A DNA stretch of 64,000 nt from Rhizodiscina lignyota. Taxonomy: Eukaryota. A program made the position numbers and the translations under genes. Below the pieces are notes generated by a model. That model was not told the origin of the DNA. It was given only the letters and a program-made list of their open reading frames with translations, and did not search any database. Shown here piece after piece: positions 35,205 through 48,057 of this stretch. Position 1 is the stretch's first letter; every line of letters begins with the position of its first letter. Location: contig ML978136.1 in assembly GCA_010015805.1 (NCBI GenBank), positions 248,001 through 312,000 on the forward strand, written 5' to 3'.

Positions 35205-36666
35205 ATGGCCGATTCGGGTTTCCAGACAAGGACTATGGGGAGGAAGAACAAGAAAGGTCTCGCGCTGAGTGCCCCTCCGCCACGCTCTGCGACACCTTCG
35301 GCAGGCGATGCGCAGATACCTGGAGCATTGGGCAATGCTGGTGACCGCACAGATACGCTGGAGATTGGTGTCGAGTTTCGATTAGATCTGAGGGCAGAGG
35401 ATCTCATCGTGCTGAAAGAGCTCGGAGCAGGCAATGGTGGAACAGTTAGCAAAGTACAGCATGCGGCGACGAAGGTGGTCATGGCGAGAAAGGTGCGGAC
35501 ATTTCGTGGAACCTGCTGTGAGTACTTGAACTGACAAGCATGGCAGATAATACATGTCGAGGCCAAGAAAGAGGTACGAAAGCGAATAGTGAGGGAACTT
35601 CAGATCATGCATGAATGCAATTCACCCTATATCGTATCCTTCTACGGCGCATTCATGAACGAGACCGGAGATGTGATTATGTGCATGGAGTATATGGATG
35701 TTGGGTATATTTATACTCTCCTCTCTCATATGCATCAGCTAATCATTTTTAAAGCTCTTTGGATAGCATATCCAAGAACTTCGGCCCCGTGCGCGTCGAC
35801 GTCCTGGGTAAAATCGCCGAAGCTGTCTTTGCTGGCCTTACATACCTTTATGTCGTTCATAAGATCATGCATCGCGATATCAAACCATCTAACATCCTCG
35901 TCAACTCGCGCGGCCACATCAAACTCTGCGACTTTGGTGTATCCTCTGAACTTGAGGGCTCCATTGCTGAGACCTTTGTCGGCACAGGCACATATATGGC
36001 GCCCGAGCGTATTCAGGGCAGTGCGTACACTGTTAAGAGCGACGTGTGGAGCGTGGGATTGACACTTATGGAGCTCGCGATCGGCAAGTTTCCGTTCGGT
36101 AATGACAGCGCGGACGAAGAGGCCAGTGGACCACAGGGTATCTTGGACTTGCTGCAGCAGATTGTTCTGGAGCCAGCACCGAAGCTGCCAAAGAGCGATG
36201 CGTTCCCGTCGATCCTTGAGGATATGATTGCGAAGTGTCTTATGAAGGATCCGGCGCAACGCCCAACGCCACAGCAACTCTACGTAAGTTCACAATGCAG
36301 CATTACGTACACCTTTATTCCTTCTCTTAACACTTGCAGTAGGAGTCCGACCCCTTCATCCTCGCCGCAAAACGTACCCCTGTCAACCTCGAAGAATGGG
36401 CCGTCTCCATGATGGAACGCCACAACCGCCGCTCACATCTCGCACCACCTCTCAGTCCCTCTACGCAAGCCCTCCTCCGCAGCAACGGCGCACACGATGC
36501 CGCGTCCGAACCCACATCCGCTCCGCAGGACGGTGCGGACTTCGGCATGGGTGGTCTGAGTATCAACGAACGTCCAGGTATGGGAAGCAGAAGCGCGAGC
36601 GCAGGTATTGGCGGCCTGCCGGGCAGTGTGAGGCCGGCACCGCGGAAACACCCAAGTGGAATGTAA
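35205..36666 (+). CDS. STE7: MAP kinase kinase Ste7/Mst7
   Basis: N-terminal docking site RKNKKGLALS, LGAGNGGTV, HRDIKPSN, DFGVSSELEGSIAETFVGT and GILDLLQQIVLEPAPKLP. Three introns. Confidence 0.95.
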
Positions 36667-37269
36667 AGATGGGGAGACACATAAGAGCCGAGACTTTGAA
36701 TTTTTTACTTCTGACTTTGATGTTTATTGCGACTGCGGAGCGGATTGAACATTCTCCCCCAAGTACAAAGCGAGCAGAAAACGCGGAAATGTGCATGTGC
36801 ATGACGGGGGTTGAGGTCCATACGGATGATTTTCTCACTTCTCTCGAGATTCTTTTCTCTTGTGATGTTGACTGTGCAGTTGATAGCATTTTCGTGGCGT
36901 TGATCCTGCTGTATATGGTATGACCATTACCACTTTCGGCTGAGGATAGCTAGAGCGAATCCAGTCTCTTTTGCTGTTCTGGAAAGGACTTGGACGTGTG
37001 ACGCCAGTGTCTGAAAGTACCCTCTTAGCAGCACCTTGCATGCAAGATTAGTGCTACGGTCAACAACCTCGAACTCATGAAGTCTGTGAATATATGGACG
37101 CAAGGCCGTGGCTAGGGGTCTATGTACAACAGTTGCGGAAGAGAGAGTCCGTTAGGTCACATAGTGTTGCAATCTTAAAGATGCAGCCCCATTGTATAAA
37201 TGCAGTTTGTCATGAATTAGCTGACATCTATCGACAGTTCGTCTCCCAGCTAATAGCGGTACAGTTACG

Positions 37270-38498
37270 CTACAATATCGCAGCAGCGTTGGGCGGGCTC
37301 GCAACGCCATTCGTGATATTCAATGGCTGTGAAGTAAAGAAAAACGTCCATTTCTTTAATTTGGCGCACTCTTCACTCAGTCGCTCAAGGTCAAAAGTTT
37401 CCCCAATTGGCATGCCCCAACCAGAAAGGAAGACCTGAAGTCGAACGTCAGCATCGTCTCTTCCCGCAATTCAGATCAGTCGTCTCACTTCATGCATCGC
37501 GACGCCCCATGGACGTGGCGAAGGCCAAGCTTCATACGCCACCGTATCACTGGCGACTGCGGCAAATTGGTTGTCCCAATGCCATTTGAACGCTTCTTCT
37601 GATGCTTCAACGCCAATTGAAGCACGCATCTCTCGAACTGGGAGTCCGATCTTGTCATCGTCGGAGAGCTTATAGTACTCCTCGGTCCAGCCCGTACGAA
37701 CTACGAGGATGTCGCCTGGCTGGAAGTTCACGTTCTCCTCTTGCGCAACTTCGAGGAGCTCGTTCAAAGGAATGGCATGCCGTTCGAAAGGTGAGTGCTT
37801 AATGCCCTTTCGAAGAGCGTACGCTCGCCAGTCGAGGAGGACGCCCCTTCCGACTATGCCGTGCTGGGCCATATCTGAGCAGAAGTGTGAGCGATGGGTT
37901 GCATTGCCAGTGAGCGGAGTTTAGGCGTACTATGAATCCCGAGCTTGCTATTAGCGCCAGGGCCGGTAATGTCCTCTTGTCGTACACCACCATAAAACTG
38001 CATGGTTTCCTGGTAAGGATAGTGCCTGAGGCCGTCGAATTGACTAGAGGACTGAGTGTTGATGTCGATCTGTTCATATTGTTAAGCATCGAGTGGAACG
38101 CTTTGGAGTCAAGTTTTATAAGAGATGCGAACGCACTTCATCATCGTTAGCTATCGACGCTTGCTGCGGTCGAGTCTTATGAACTATTCTATGCACAGGG
38201 ACTTTCCTCGTCGGGTTCATAGGCCGTAGCGGCACGTCTAGAGGCAAGCTAGGACATGTTTCATAAGCAAATAAGGAATCTGGAATAGCATTCATATTTA
38301 ATGCACATACTTCAAAGGTACCACGACCCCATGTACAATCTCCTTTGATGCATTCTTAACCACTTCGGGAGTTAACAAGTTTAATGCACCCAGCTCATCA
38401 TCCTCTCCCCACAAGCCCCATGCGGAGCCTTTGGGGTCGCCGGGTCTGAGTGGTAGGTCCTCAAACGCTGGTCTCTTCACTCGTTTTTCGTGGGCCAT
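37270..38498 (-). CDS. Putative cyclase / kynurenine-formamidase-like metal-dependent hydrolase
   Basis: SAWGLWGEDDELGALNLLTP, INTQSSSQFDGLRH, GIVGRGVLLDW, GDILVVRTGW, AAVASDT and C-terminal SPPNAAAIL. Multi-exon. Confidence 0.85.
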
Positions 38499-38929
38499 GG
38501 TAGAATATGTGATCAAAGTATGACAGTAAGTTTCATAGAATGTTGATAGCAAAACTTGAACTGCATGCCGGCAGCAGGAATATGATATTACCACGGGAGG
38601 AGAGATGCCGTGGCGGGGTTACAAGATCTCTTAGCACTCTCGACGGCATCATTGAATGCTTTCCGAGAATAGTTTACATTGGCAGCTAATACTCAGGACG
38701 TGCGTCAATATACTCGATCAAATATTTGCGAAAGCTGTAGCTTTTGGTTGTCAAGTATGTACGACGACAACCTTTAGGAGAAGGACGAATCCGCCACGCT
38801 AGCCCTTTTCGTCCACGTGCGAAATCTTAAATAAGCAATTCAAATATTTTTCAATTTACAGATGGTCCGTATTCTAGTCGTGTAGGGCTGTTTCCCTCAG
38901 AGGTTCTGCAAGCAACAGAGTGCCTGGGC

Positions 38930-40922
38930 CTACAAAACGTAGCGGTACATTGGATGATCATCACCAATCTGAGAGATATTAGCATTTTGAATCCCAGTGT
39001 GCAATAACAGTACTCACATCAGTAACATCAACTGGAATATGATCGAGGGAACTCTTCCCATGCTTCTTGTCTCTCGCACGATTTTGCAGGAAAAGGCACA
39101 AACTCAAAATGACTGCAATCAGCGCCGCTCCGAAGAGCACTCCAGCGCATATCGACATTCCTTTCACATACTTCGGACCATCTGATGTTGGGAAGATTCG
39201 TGATCCGAGAATTGGACCACACTGTCCGATCATTCCAAATATGGCCAGTCCTGCACCGCGCTTCGAAGCTGAGCCTTGATTGTCAGTAACCCATGTGAAT
39301 GTGATGGCGACAGCCGGGAAACATCCGATACAGGCCAGGAAACAACCGAAATATCGGACGCCCACAGTATCGACAGTTGCTAGGAGAACGTAGCCGACTC
39401 CACCGGTCAGGCAAAGGATGGTAATGAAGATACCCCGGTTCCGCAAACGGTCAGATGCGAATGACGCTGCGATGCAAACAACCCAAGCGGCGAGATAAGG
39501 TGGAGCAGAAAGGCCTTGAGCCTTGATCGATGTGAAGCCGATATCTTCAATTATCGTGGGAAGAAAGGCTGGCAGGCTTCCGAAGGCCGTCTGGAAATGT
39601 ATCAGCTGTATTCGATGTAGATAGAAATGATAATCAATCTCCAATTTCTCTCTTCTCCTTAAGCGCCTGGTTATGATCGAACTGTAGTTCGACCTCTATG
39701 CGCAAGCTAAGAGGCGCGAGTGCATTCAATTAAAGTGGCGTCGGATGTAAGTGTGCATTGCCAAGGCATAGCTGTAAGAAATTTATTGCAAATGTATATG
39801 ACTTACATTAAGGCAAAAGACGATCGCTGCTTGTAGATAGTTCTTATAGTCATAAAACGCAGAGCCGACCTGTCTGAAATTAAGCCGCTTCTCCGAGTCG
39901 TCGCCTCGCGCTCGGATTGCACGGGATGCCACAATCTGGTTCTCCCGGTCGTTCAGAAATCGGCACTGTCCAGGACCGTTCGGAAGTAAGAAATAAGCAA
40001 CGACAGCAAGCAGTAGCGTCGGAGCGCCCTCTTTGACTGTGTTAGCATCAAACCATGAGAGGATCGGAATGGCCTTACCAACAATGAACAAGAGCTTCCA
40101 TCCCGCAATTGCAGCTTTTGCTTGGACCAGTCCGTAAGCAAGTGCGCTCGCGAAACAACTAGCCAAAGCGGAGAATGAGATCCAAAGACCATAGCGCAGT
40201 CCTTGTTCGTGTCTGTGATACCAGAACGAGTAGTATAATGCAACACCGGGTCCGAAGCCGGCTTCAAAGACTCCAATGAGGAAGCGGAGCACCATCAGTC
40301 CCGCAAAACTGTTAGCTGCGGCCTGGATCATGCTCATTGCACCCCCTATTGAAAAGGCGCACATGCGTCAGTATGTAGGTATCGACTGTGCAATCTAGTG
40401 CAACTAACATCCAACGGCTATACATGAAACGAACACCGGCAAGTTCACGACTTTCCAGAGCAGTATCAACTATGATATGTCAGCGTCGCCAGAACATGGG
40501 GCATTAGGAAAGACCGACTGGCTGGCCAAGGATGTACGTAATGTAGCTAATAAGATTTTAGATTTGTAGTCCGCGGTGAAACAGAATTCGTGATTGAACT
40601 TACTACATGGTAATTATCCATGAGTAGTCATTTGAAGTAATTCCCCAAGTCTTGCCCATCCCAGCAGTATAGGCATTTCCAATATTGCTCCGATCGATGT
40701 ACGAGACAAGGTACAAGCTTCCCAGTCTATGCAAGCTTATGAGTATGCCGTTGAAAAGGCGGAGTGACCAACATACAGTCCAACAAGCCAGAAATCAAGC
40801 TTCCGTAGAGTTCGGCGCTCCTCTTCTTTCGTATACGATATCGTATTTAGAGATTGCTTCACATCTTCAACTTCTAGAACACCTTGAACTGGCTTTTCAG
40901 TTTCTGGAACCGTGGTAGACAT
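38930..40922 (-). CDS. MFS transporter, Dal5/Tna1 (anion:cation symporter) family
   Basis: LRKLDFW, RFLIGVFEAGFGPG, AGWKLLFIVEG-like segment, SAPPY and DNQGSASKRG. Ends IGDDHPMYRYVL*. Many introns. Confidence 0.88.
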
Positions 40923-41866
40923 TGTCACGCTGCAGACCAGTAAAGCGCACACAAAGCGCGAAAATGGACCACGGAGAGGATGAGAAGAATGTCTCGAAAT
41001 CCAGCTGGGAACAAATGTGTAGAGAAATCATCTGGGAAAGAAAACGCCGTGAGAGAATAGTGCTGTCTCGGGTACTTACGATTCGGTTCGAAGGGGTGAG
41101 AGCAAGCGTGCCATCAGGCCGGAACCAAAGCCGGGGAGAAATTGTTGGAGTCGCAGTACATAGTGTCTTTGTGCCTCCCTGCTCTCCGCAGGAGGCCAGT
41201 GTAACCAGGCTAGAGTGAGGTTCGCAGGGAAGATTTCATGCTCGGGCGCTGATCCTCCGCACTTCTCTCCACATCTCCGAGAAGATCAGCAAGGGGACGA
41301 TATAGGTATCCAGAAATGTTATTCAGGTCTGGGCCACGCCTGGCTTCACTCTCCTTCCTATAGTGACTCTGTACACAAAGCAATAGGCGTTGTGATAGAG
41401 TTGAGGTTTTAAGGGAAAGCCAAGCTGCTAAGCGGGATCGGCCCGCTTCGGCTGCTTCGACAGGTGCGGTGCCACCGACGCGTCTCGCGTCTCTAGAGCT
41501 GGGGAGCTTCGAAACCTCAGCTACTGTAGAATTCTCCTCGGCATATTACGCAGTATGCGTCATGCCTGAGATATAGGCCCATTTGATGCACTCTTGAGCT
41601 CTACGCGCTCTACTTTCCTCAAACGACGTCGTCCGCATGCCCGGCTGAAGTGCCGCGGCAACACTTCGTAGGATGTATATTTTCGAGATGGGAGCTAACC
41701 GTCCGACTTCAACTTATCCTTCTGGCACATATTTCGGAGCTACCGATTACGCTCAGACAGAAAGCAGTACCGTACTCTCAAGGACATATTGTTTATGACT
41801 GAGTATAAGAAGTGCATTCGTCGTCTCTCTACACTCATCTCAACAATCACAACTAACAACACCAGA

Positions 41867-43360
41867 ATGGCGAGCGTCCAGAATAACGTCGAAGCTCATC
41901 AGAATGGAATCTCCGGCGAACTTCCACCTGGAGCGCCAGATCGATCTTCGTTCACCACCATGGACTCGGTTAAACATATATGGCTTGGCATGGGCTTGCC
42001 CAAAGAAGCGCTTGATTCCATTTCATTCAGCGACGAGGGACTAGGTCTTCCATCATCGTTCAAAGTGGGCCATATTGCGCAAGCGTCAATCGGTCTCTCT
42101 GTTCTTGTCGCAGCTCTCATCCATTCTTTACGCAACAACATCGAAGTCCCACATGTCTCTGTTCCGCTGAGACATGCCTGCGCGGAATTCTTATCGGAGA
42201 GGTTCTGCTCAGTAGCAGGTCAAAAATTTGAACACCCATGGGCTCTTGGTGGTCTTTACAAAGCATCTGACGGCTACGTTCGCATCCACGATGCATTTCC
42301 GAATCACCGCTTCGGTGCTCTTGCTCTCCTTGGGTTGGGCAAGGATGCTACACGCGAGGATATTCGTCAAAAGGTTCTGAAGTGGGCTGCGATTGACCTA
42401 GAGCGAGAAGCATTCAACAACAAGATTGTCATTGCAGCGCTGCGCTCGTACATGCAGTGGGATGCTGCGCCGCACTCAAAGGCAATCGCCACCTTTCCCA
42501 TACAAATCCGAAAGCTTGCTCCGGGCCCGAAAGGACTTTCGCCTCGCATAGGAGCGGGCGCCGACAAGTGCCTACGAGGCGTTCGAGTAGTTGAGATGAG
42601 CAGAGTCATTGCTACACCTGTTGCTGGTCGAACATTGGCAGCTCATGGTGCCGATGTGATATGGGTTACGAGCCCGAATCTTCCGGATCTACCGAACCTG
42701 GATCGCGACTCAGCCCGTGGAAAGCGGAGCATCCAGCTCGATATTCGAGTGCCCCAAGATAAGGCAAAGCTTCTGGAGCTCCTCAAAGATGCTGATATTT
42801 TCATTCAAGGATACCGACCTGGAAGTCTTGCAGCCAAGGGCCTTGAGCCAGAAGAACTCGTCAAAATTAACCCAAACATCATATGCGGAAGCCTGTGCGC
42901 ATATGGCAATTCCGGCCCATGGGCCAAAAATCGGGGGTTCGATTCTCTCGTGCAGACTTGCAGCGGTATGAATGTCTCGGAAGCAGAGCACTATGGCGAT
43001 GGCTCACCTGCTCGTCCAACCCCCTGTCAAGCTCTTGATCACGGAAGCGGATATTTCCTTGCCACGGCCGTAATGGCAGCGCTGTACAAGCGTGCTACGG
43101 AAGGTGGCAGCTACGCAGTTGACGTCAGTCTGGCAGCAACTATGAAGTATCTGCGAAGCCTTGGTCAATACGAAGGCAAAAGCGGCTTTGCCTGCGATGA
43201 TATGAAGAAGGCAAAAGATGTCGAAGAGCTCATGGCAAGGAGTATAAGCGGGTTCGGCGAGTACCACTATCTCACGCACAGCGCACAGATCGATGGTGTG
43301 AAAGTTGGTTGGGACAGAATGCCAGTGCCGCTGGGGAGCGACGAGGCTGTGTGGATTTGA
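41867..43360 (+). CDS. Family III CoA-transferase (CaiB/BaiF)
   Basis: LRGVRVVEMSRVIATPVAGRTLAAHGADV, RGKRSIQLD, DIFIQGYRPG, RGFDSLVQ and PCQALDHGSG. Intronless. Confidence 0.92.
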   Translation: MASVQNNVEAHQNGISGELPPGAPDRSSFTTMDSVKHIWLGMGLPKEALDSISFSDEGLGLPSSFKVGHIAQASIGLSVLVAALIHSLRNNIEVPHVSVPLRHACAEFLSERFCSVAGQKFEHPWALGGLYKASDGYVRIHDAFPNHRFGALALLGLGKDATREDIRQKVLKWAAIDLEREAFNNKIVIAALRSYMQWDAAPHSKAIATFPIQIRKLAPGPKGLSPRIGAGADKCLRGVRVVEMSRVIATPVAGRTLAAHGADVIWVTSPNLPDLPNLDRDSARGKRSIQLDIRVPQDKAKLLELLKDADIFIQGYRPGSLAAKGLEPEELVKINPNIICGSLCAYGNSGPWAKNRGFDSLVQTCSGMNVSEAEHYGDGSPARPTPCQALDHGSGYFLATAVMAALYKRATEGGSYAVDVSLAATMKYLRSLGQYEGKSGFACDDMKKAKDVEELMARSISGFGEYHYLTHSAQIDGVKVGWDRMPVPLGSDEAVWI

Positions 43361-43879
43361 ATTTGAAACGAGGAGTCTTTAATCTTTCTATGATCGCCAC
43401 TCGGAGCCAGAATTGGCTACTTCGCTCTGTTATGCAGCTTTGATGTCGTAGTGCTACGCTCACATTCAATTTGTGCTCGGCTTTTCTTCGCAAATTAAAA
43501 TAGCGCACTTGAAACATCCGATCGTGCCCAAGCCAAAAGCATCGCATTGCAACAACATTGTAGCAAGTTCCAAAGCTTATGTTGCGCCTCTTGTTACAAT
43601 AGGCTGATCTGTATTCTGATCTGGAATGAAATGAGGCATGGGAAACCTGTTTAAGCCCTTGGAGTGGCTGGCTCACTATATATCTGACGTCGAGTTATTG
43701 CGCTCATATTGCACCCAGGGGCAACCCTTCGTCTTGCTCCGACAACATAAGTATTCCTTTGACATCTCTTCAGAAAATGCGACTGTATTTTCCTTATTTG
43801 CTGTCTGTCGCAAATCGCTCCTTTAGGATTCACTCATCCTACCGTTTCAACCAAGACGTCATATTTCGCGCGTTTCAAG

Positions 43880-44665
43880 ATGCGAAACTTATCTATCGTC
43901 ACATCTCTCCATCTTATCGCCCTCACAGAAGCAACGTACGATACCGCGGACGATAATTGCAACTCTGGCAATGCGAAGAGCTGGTTATGTACTTCATTCA
44001 CACCATGGTGGTGCGATCAATGCTCTCAGCAATGCGACACGGATAAATGCGCACAACAGTCTTCACAGCCGCAGCTATCCTCCTCCTGGTCGATTCAGGC
44101 ATGGCCCACAATAACTCTGACACCATCATCGACTCCGACAATCTACGAATCTGTCGGCGTAGCCCCATCCATTGGCATATCTGAGTCGATGAGCATCTCC
44201 ATATCAACATCACAGTCATACTCCGCTCCGACACCCTCAGCTCCGCCACAGAAGTCAACGAGTACATCAGCTCCCCCTCCACCAGTTGTGAGCACTGTAA
44301 TGGTCACACCTGTTCCGGAATGTGCTGTCAGTCAGATCTCCGATGGCCAGCCTCAGGCCCCAGCAAGTTGCGCCACGCTTGTCACACAGATTTCGGACGG
44401 CCAACCTCAGGCTCCTGGCCCTTCCGCTACCCCAGTTAGTCAGATCTCAGACGGTCAGCCTCAAGCTCCTGGTCCTGCTACCTCTACTGCTCCGGCAGCA
44501 GTATCATCTCCGGCGCAGAATGGCACGACTCCCTCAGGCACGATTAGCAGCCCCTCGTCTACGAGCGGGTCACCACAACCATTCACTGGAGGTGCCACAA
44601 CAAATCGCATCGCGCTAGGCGCGAATGCCGTTCTGGGCGCTGTTATCGGGGTTGCATTGCTGTAG
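43880..44665 (+). CDS. GPI-anchored cell-wall protein with three PIR repeats
   Basis: Signal peptide, Ser/Thr/Pro-rich stalk, 3x (S/T)QISDGQPQA, then PFTGGA and a hydrophobic C-terminal GPI signal. Confidence 0.9.
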   Translation: MRNLSIVTSLHLIALTEATYDTADDNCNSGNAKSWLCTSFTPWWCDQCSQQCDTDKCAQQSSQPQLSSSWSIQAWPTITLTPSSTPTIYESVGVAPSIGISESMSISISTSQSYSAPTPSAPPQKSTSTSAPPPPVVSTVMVTPVPECAVSQISDGQPQAPASCATLVTQISDGQPQAPGPSATPVSQISDGQPQAPGPATSTAPAAVSSPAQNGTTPSGTISSPSSTSGSPQPFTGGATTNRIALGANAVLGAVIGVALL

Positions 44666-44999
44666 TATATGATAGAATGAATAACTGTAATGTTAGATAA
44701 GCATGACTGTATTGAAGTATAGATGTTAGGTCTCGATGGCCTTCTATCATAAAGCGCAATGACAGCCTTGATGACCACCCTATGAAAGTTTTCATAAACG
44801 GTCTATTGTTGAATTGGATCCAAGTACTCTATGGTACGCTTTGACAATTTCGGACAGTCCAAGAAGTCTTGTATCCAAGGCTGGGGCATTGCTTGCTAAA
44901 GTCTAACCTCAACACGTGTTTTCCAAAGCGCTCTAGAGTTCGTTCGATACACTCCTCTGTCCGTGCACACGTCTTCTGGGGGATGTACGGTATTGAGAG

Positions 45000-46931
45000 T
45001 TATTTCTGTGGGACCTCTTCGATGTTTTCGATAAGTTCCATTTGAGTTTTCTCGCTGCCCATAGCAAGCTCAAATGTCAGCTCCACCGGATCTCCAAACA
45101 GAACTCCCATCTCTTCAAGCGTCTTTCCCTTAGCTAGGTTCAGAAGTCAGCACATGCTGTGAAGTTATTATTGCAGCTGGAGGGTTTCGTTCGACTTACT
45201 CTCCGGGAGGAAGAAGTACACCAGAATGCCGTATATGGCTCCACAGATGATGAGTACAATCCAAAAGTTGTGCCCGATGTTCTGGAACGCCGTTGGCGCA
45301 GCGCCGAGCAGGATTGTTGTTGCGACCCACTGTCCCATGATACTCCAAGATATACCAAAAGATCGTATAATCATCGGGAAGATCTCAGCTGGAACCAGGT
45401 ACATCGTCGCGTCGAGACAGAGGGAGCTTTGATGAAAAATTAGCATTATGCGGTGGTTTGGTGAGTAGATAGATCACTTACTAGAACACAGGAAAGAGGA
45501 AGATGAAGGCCACGCCAAAGCCAAGCCCCACCTTGTTCGTTGAACCGGTCTCTGCAAATTGCGCCGAGAGAGCAGCTTCGACAGAGAGTATGATGCATAA
45601 GGCCGTACATCCGGTAACTGCATTGTGTAAGATTAGCAGAAGGCCGTGTGTAGCACTCTAAGGAGACGCACTGATAAAGGGCCGACGACCGATATGATCA
45701 ATCAGAAGTCCATTCGTTAAATTTCCGGGAACAGTGACGAAGTTGAAGCACCCCACAAGGAGTAGCGGCAGTCTTCCAGTGATTCCAAGGCCGTTATAAA
45801 ATGTCGTTTGGTAGTTGTTAACGACAAGCGCACCGGTAAATTGGTTGCCAGCCTGTACTAAGAAACCAAGGTACAGTCGCTTCCGGTAGCTTGGTCGTGA
45901 CCATGCCAGTTTCGCTTGTCCAAAGAACGTGGTCGCATTCTGACGACGCTCATATGCAATCTGCTCACGCATTTGTCTGAACTCTGCCATGGCATACGTG
46001 TCTTCGGGGTCTGACTTGTTTTGATGCAGGCGCTTGATCGTTACCCACGCCTCGTCTTCTCGACCTTGAGCAAGAAGCCACCTAGGGCTGTAGGGCAGGA
46101 AGAACATCCCCACGAAGAGAATGAGAGGCCAGATCATTTGAACTGCTAAAGGGAACCTCCATTGGAATTGGCCATATGAAGCAAAGCTGCAGCCATAGCT
46201 TACAAAGCCGGTGAGACTGTAGGAGAACCCTAGATGAAGTTAAATAAATCCTGAGTTTCTTGTTCCAATATGGAGGAGGACTCACCGATCAACACTCCAT
46301 GAAGGCCGATCATCAGACCTCGGCTTTCTGCTGGGCTAACCTTGGCGAAAGTTAGGGAGATAACTGAATTGGTCGGCGGAAAACGGCAACAATACCTCTG
46401 ATTGATATAAGGGGACTAATGTGACAAGTATGCCAATCGCAAATCCCATGATAACTCTCGCGATGACGAATTGAGGGATGTTCTGGGAGCTGGTCATGAT
46501 AGCAGCACCGATTACAGCTATTGTGCATGAGATCTGGATCGTGCGCTTTCGGCCAAAATCTAGAGACAGTCAGCAACACCTGAAAGGCGAATTCAGTGGT
46601 TCTGAAAAGTATACACTCTGCAAGCCACATGTTTGCAATGCAGCCTAGTCTAGAGAATGTCAGTCGCTGTATCTGAAGAAGGATTGGCGACTTACACTCC
46701 CCCCACGCTGTATATGCAATTTATCACACCTATGATCGAGTTTGCGTATGACGAGCCGTCTACAAGATTCATATAGTCATACCATGCTGGCGTTCCAATT
46801 GTTGCAGCACTGATAGACGACGCATAACCGTATGAAAGACTACCGAATGCTACGAACAAAGCAACTGTGAAGTTATACAGATTCCTCGGTCGAGGGACTA
46901 TATATTTCTTTGTTGCCTGATCGGGCTGCAT
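45000..46931 (-). CDS. MFS sugar porter family transporter
   Basis: FGSLSYGY, PYSPRWL, QAGNQFTG, IDHIGRRP, PAEIFP and PE(T)KGKTLEEMGVLFGD. About 6 introns. Confidence 0.88.
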
Positions 46932-48057
46932 GATGAATGATAGAGAAGCAGTTGTTCATAAACCAGAAAGGAGAGTCTGAGAGTACGATTGGGGACTGAA
47001 AAGCCAGGAGCAGACTGTGCCATACATAACCTCAATGCTTGTATTTTACTTATGCAACGGCAATCCTGATGCCGCCAATCCCCCGCATGGGGTAAGGGAA
47101 GTGTCGTTTCCTCGGTGAATCTCCGCAAATGATGATCTTGTCCTGTTGGTGCTGCTGCAGGACTGACCCCAGAATGAGCCTCATCGCTGGAAAAGCTTGT
47201 GGGGATTCCCTGCAGTAGCTTGACTCGAATGGTCAAGTCCAATCTCCTACACGATGCGGAGATACCCCCAGGAATAATCGCTCTCTTATGATTGTTTGCG
47301 ATGCCTTTACCTTGTTGAATTTGGATTCGAGATACAGCGTATTCTATGTGCCCATTGTTCATCCTTCGATCTACCTTCGGCACCAAGATCCGGGGAAGTA
47401 CTAGATTCCCTGCAGTTCGAAATTCTGGTGGTGATTCCGGCATTTTTCGGTGCGTTGCGGCAGAAACAGTGACTCGTAGAACACAAAATCTGGGGTAAGA
47501 ATCAACGCAGACAAATCGCCAAGCTCGTACGATAGTTAGAACTGTTGATTGAAGGCTTTTTCTCTCTCTCAGCGTATCTTGTCCGCCGGCTAAGAATCCG
47601 GTCACACCTCTGTGCCCGGCCCGTCTTTGATGGACGTTGGTGCGATATACCGCTGATATTTCAAAAGCGAAGTGAGATTGCAATGCTGCTGGGTAGAAAA
47701 GAGAAGAGTAGAGTTTATGAGAGCCTGAAATGACAGAGCAATAGGTAGTTTAAAGTTTCCGTGCGGCTCGAAAAGCTTGACCGCTTGTCACGTGATGCCT
47801 CATCTTGTCCGATTTTCGGAAAAGTCTTTCGGCCTCCCGCTCACGGAACCTGCGGCAGCAAATGCTCCACACCTTGCAGGAGTCTATACCTGCTATCAGC
47901 ACGCGACCTGTGACGGGTTGACGAACATGCGGCGACGGAAAACTTCTCACCGATGGCGAGCCGTCCCGGTGGGGGATCTCTTTCTGATTTCAATCCTCTC
48001 GAATCGTCTTTCATTTGCTTGGCTTAAGATTCTCACTGCTTGAATTACTCTGTCGCC

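Noticed and set aside
7787..36666. NBP2 and STE7 in the same window as a MAPK-signalling cluster
   Set aside because: They are over 25 kb apart, belong to different MAPK pathways and are separated by unrelated genes.
44330..44470. Repeated CAGAT(C/T)TC(C/G/A)GA(C/T)GG units as a CRISPR-like or DNA repeat array
   Set aside because: They encode the PIR peptide repeats QISDGQPQA, with synonymous variation.
46898..47683. 261-aa minus-strand ORF upstream of the sugar porter
   Set aside because: No domain or coding-like composition, and it lies in a divergent promoter region, so it is likely spurious.
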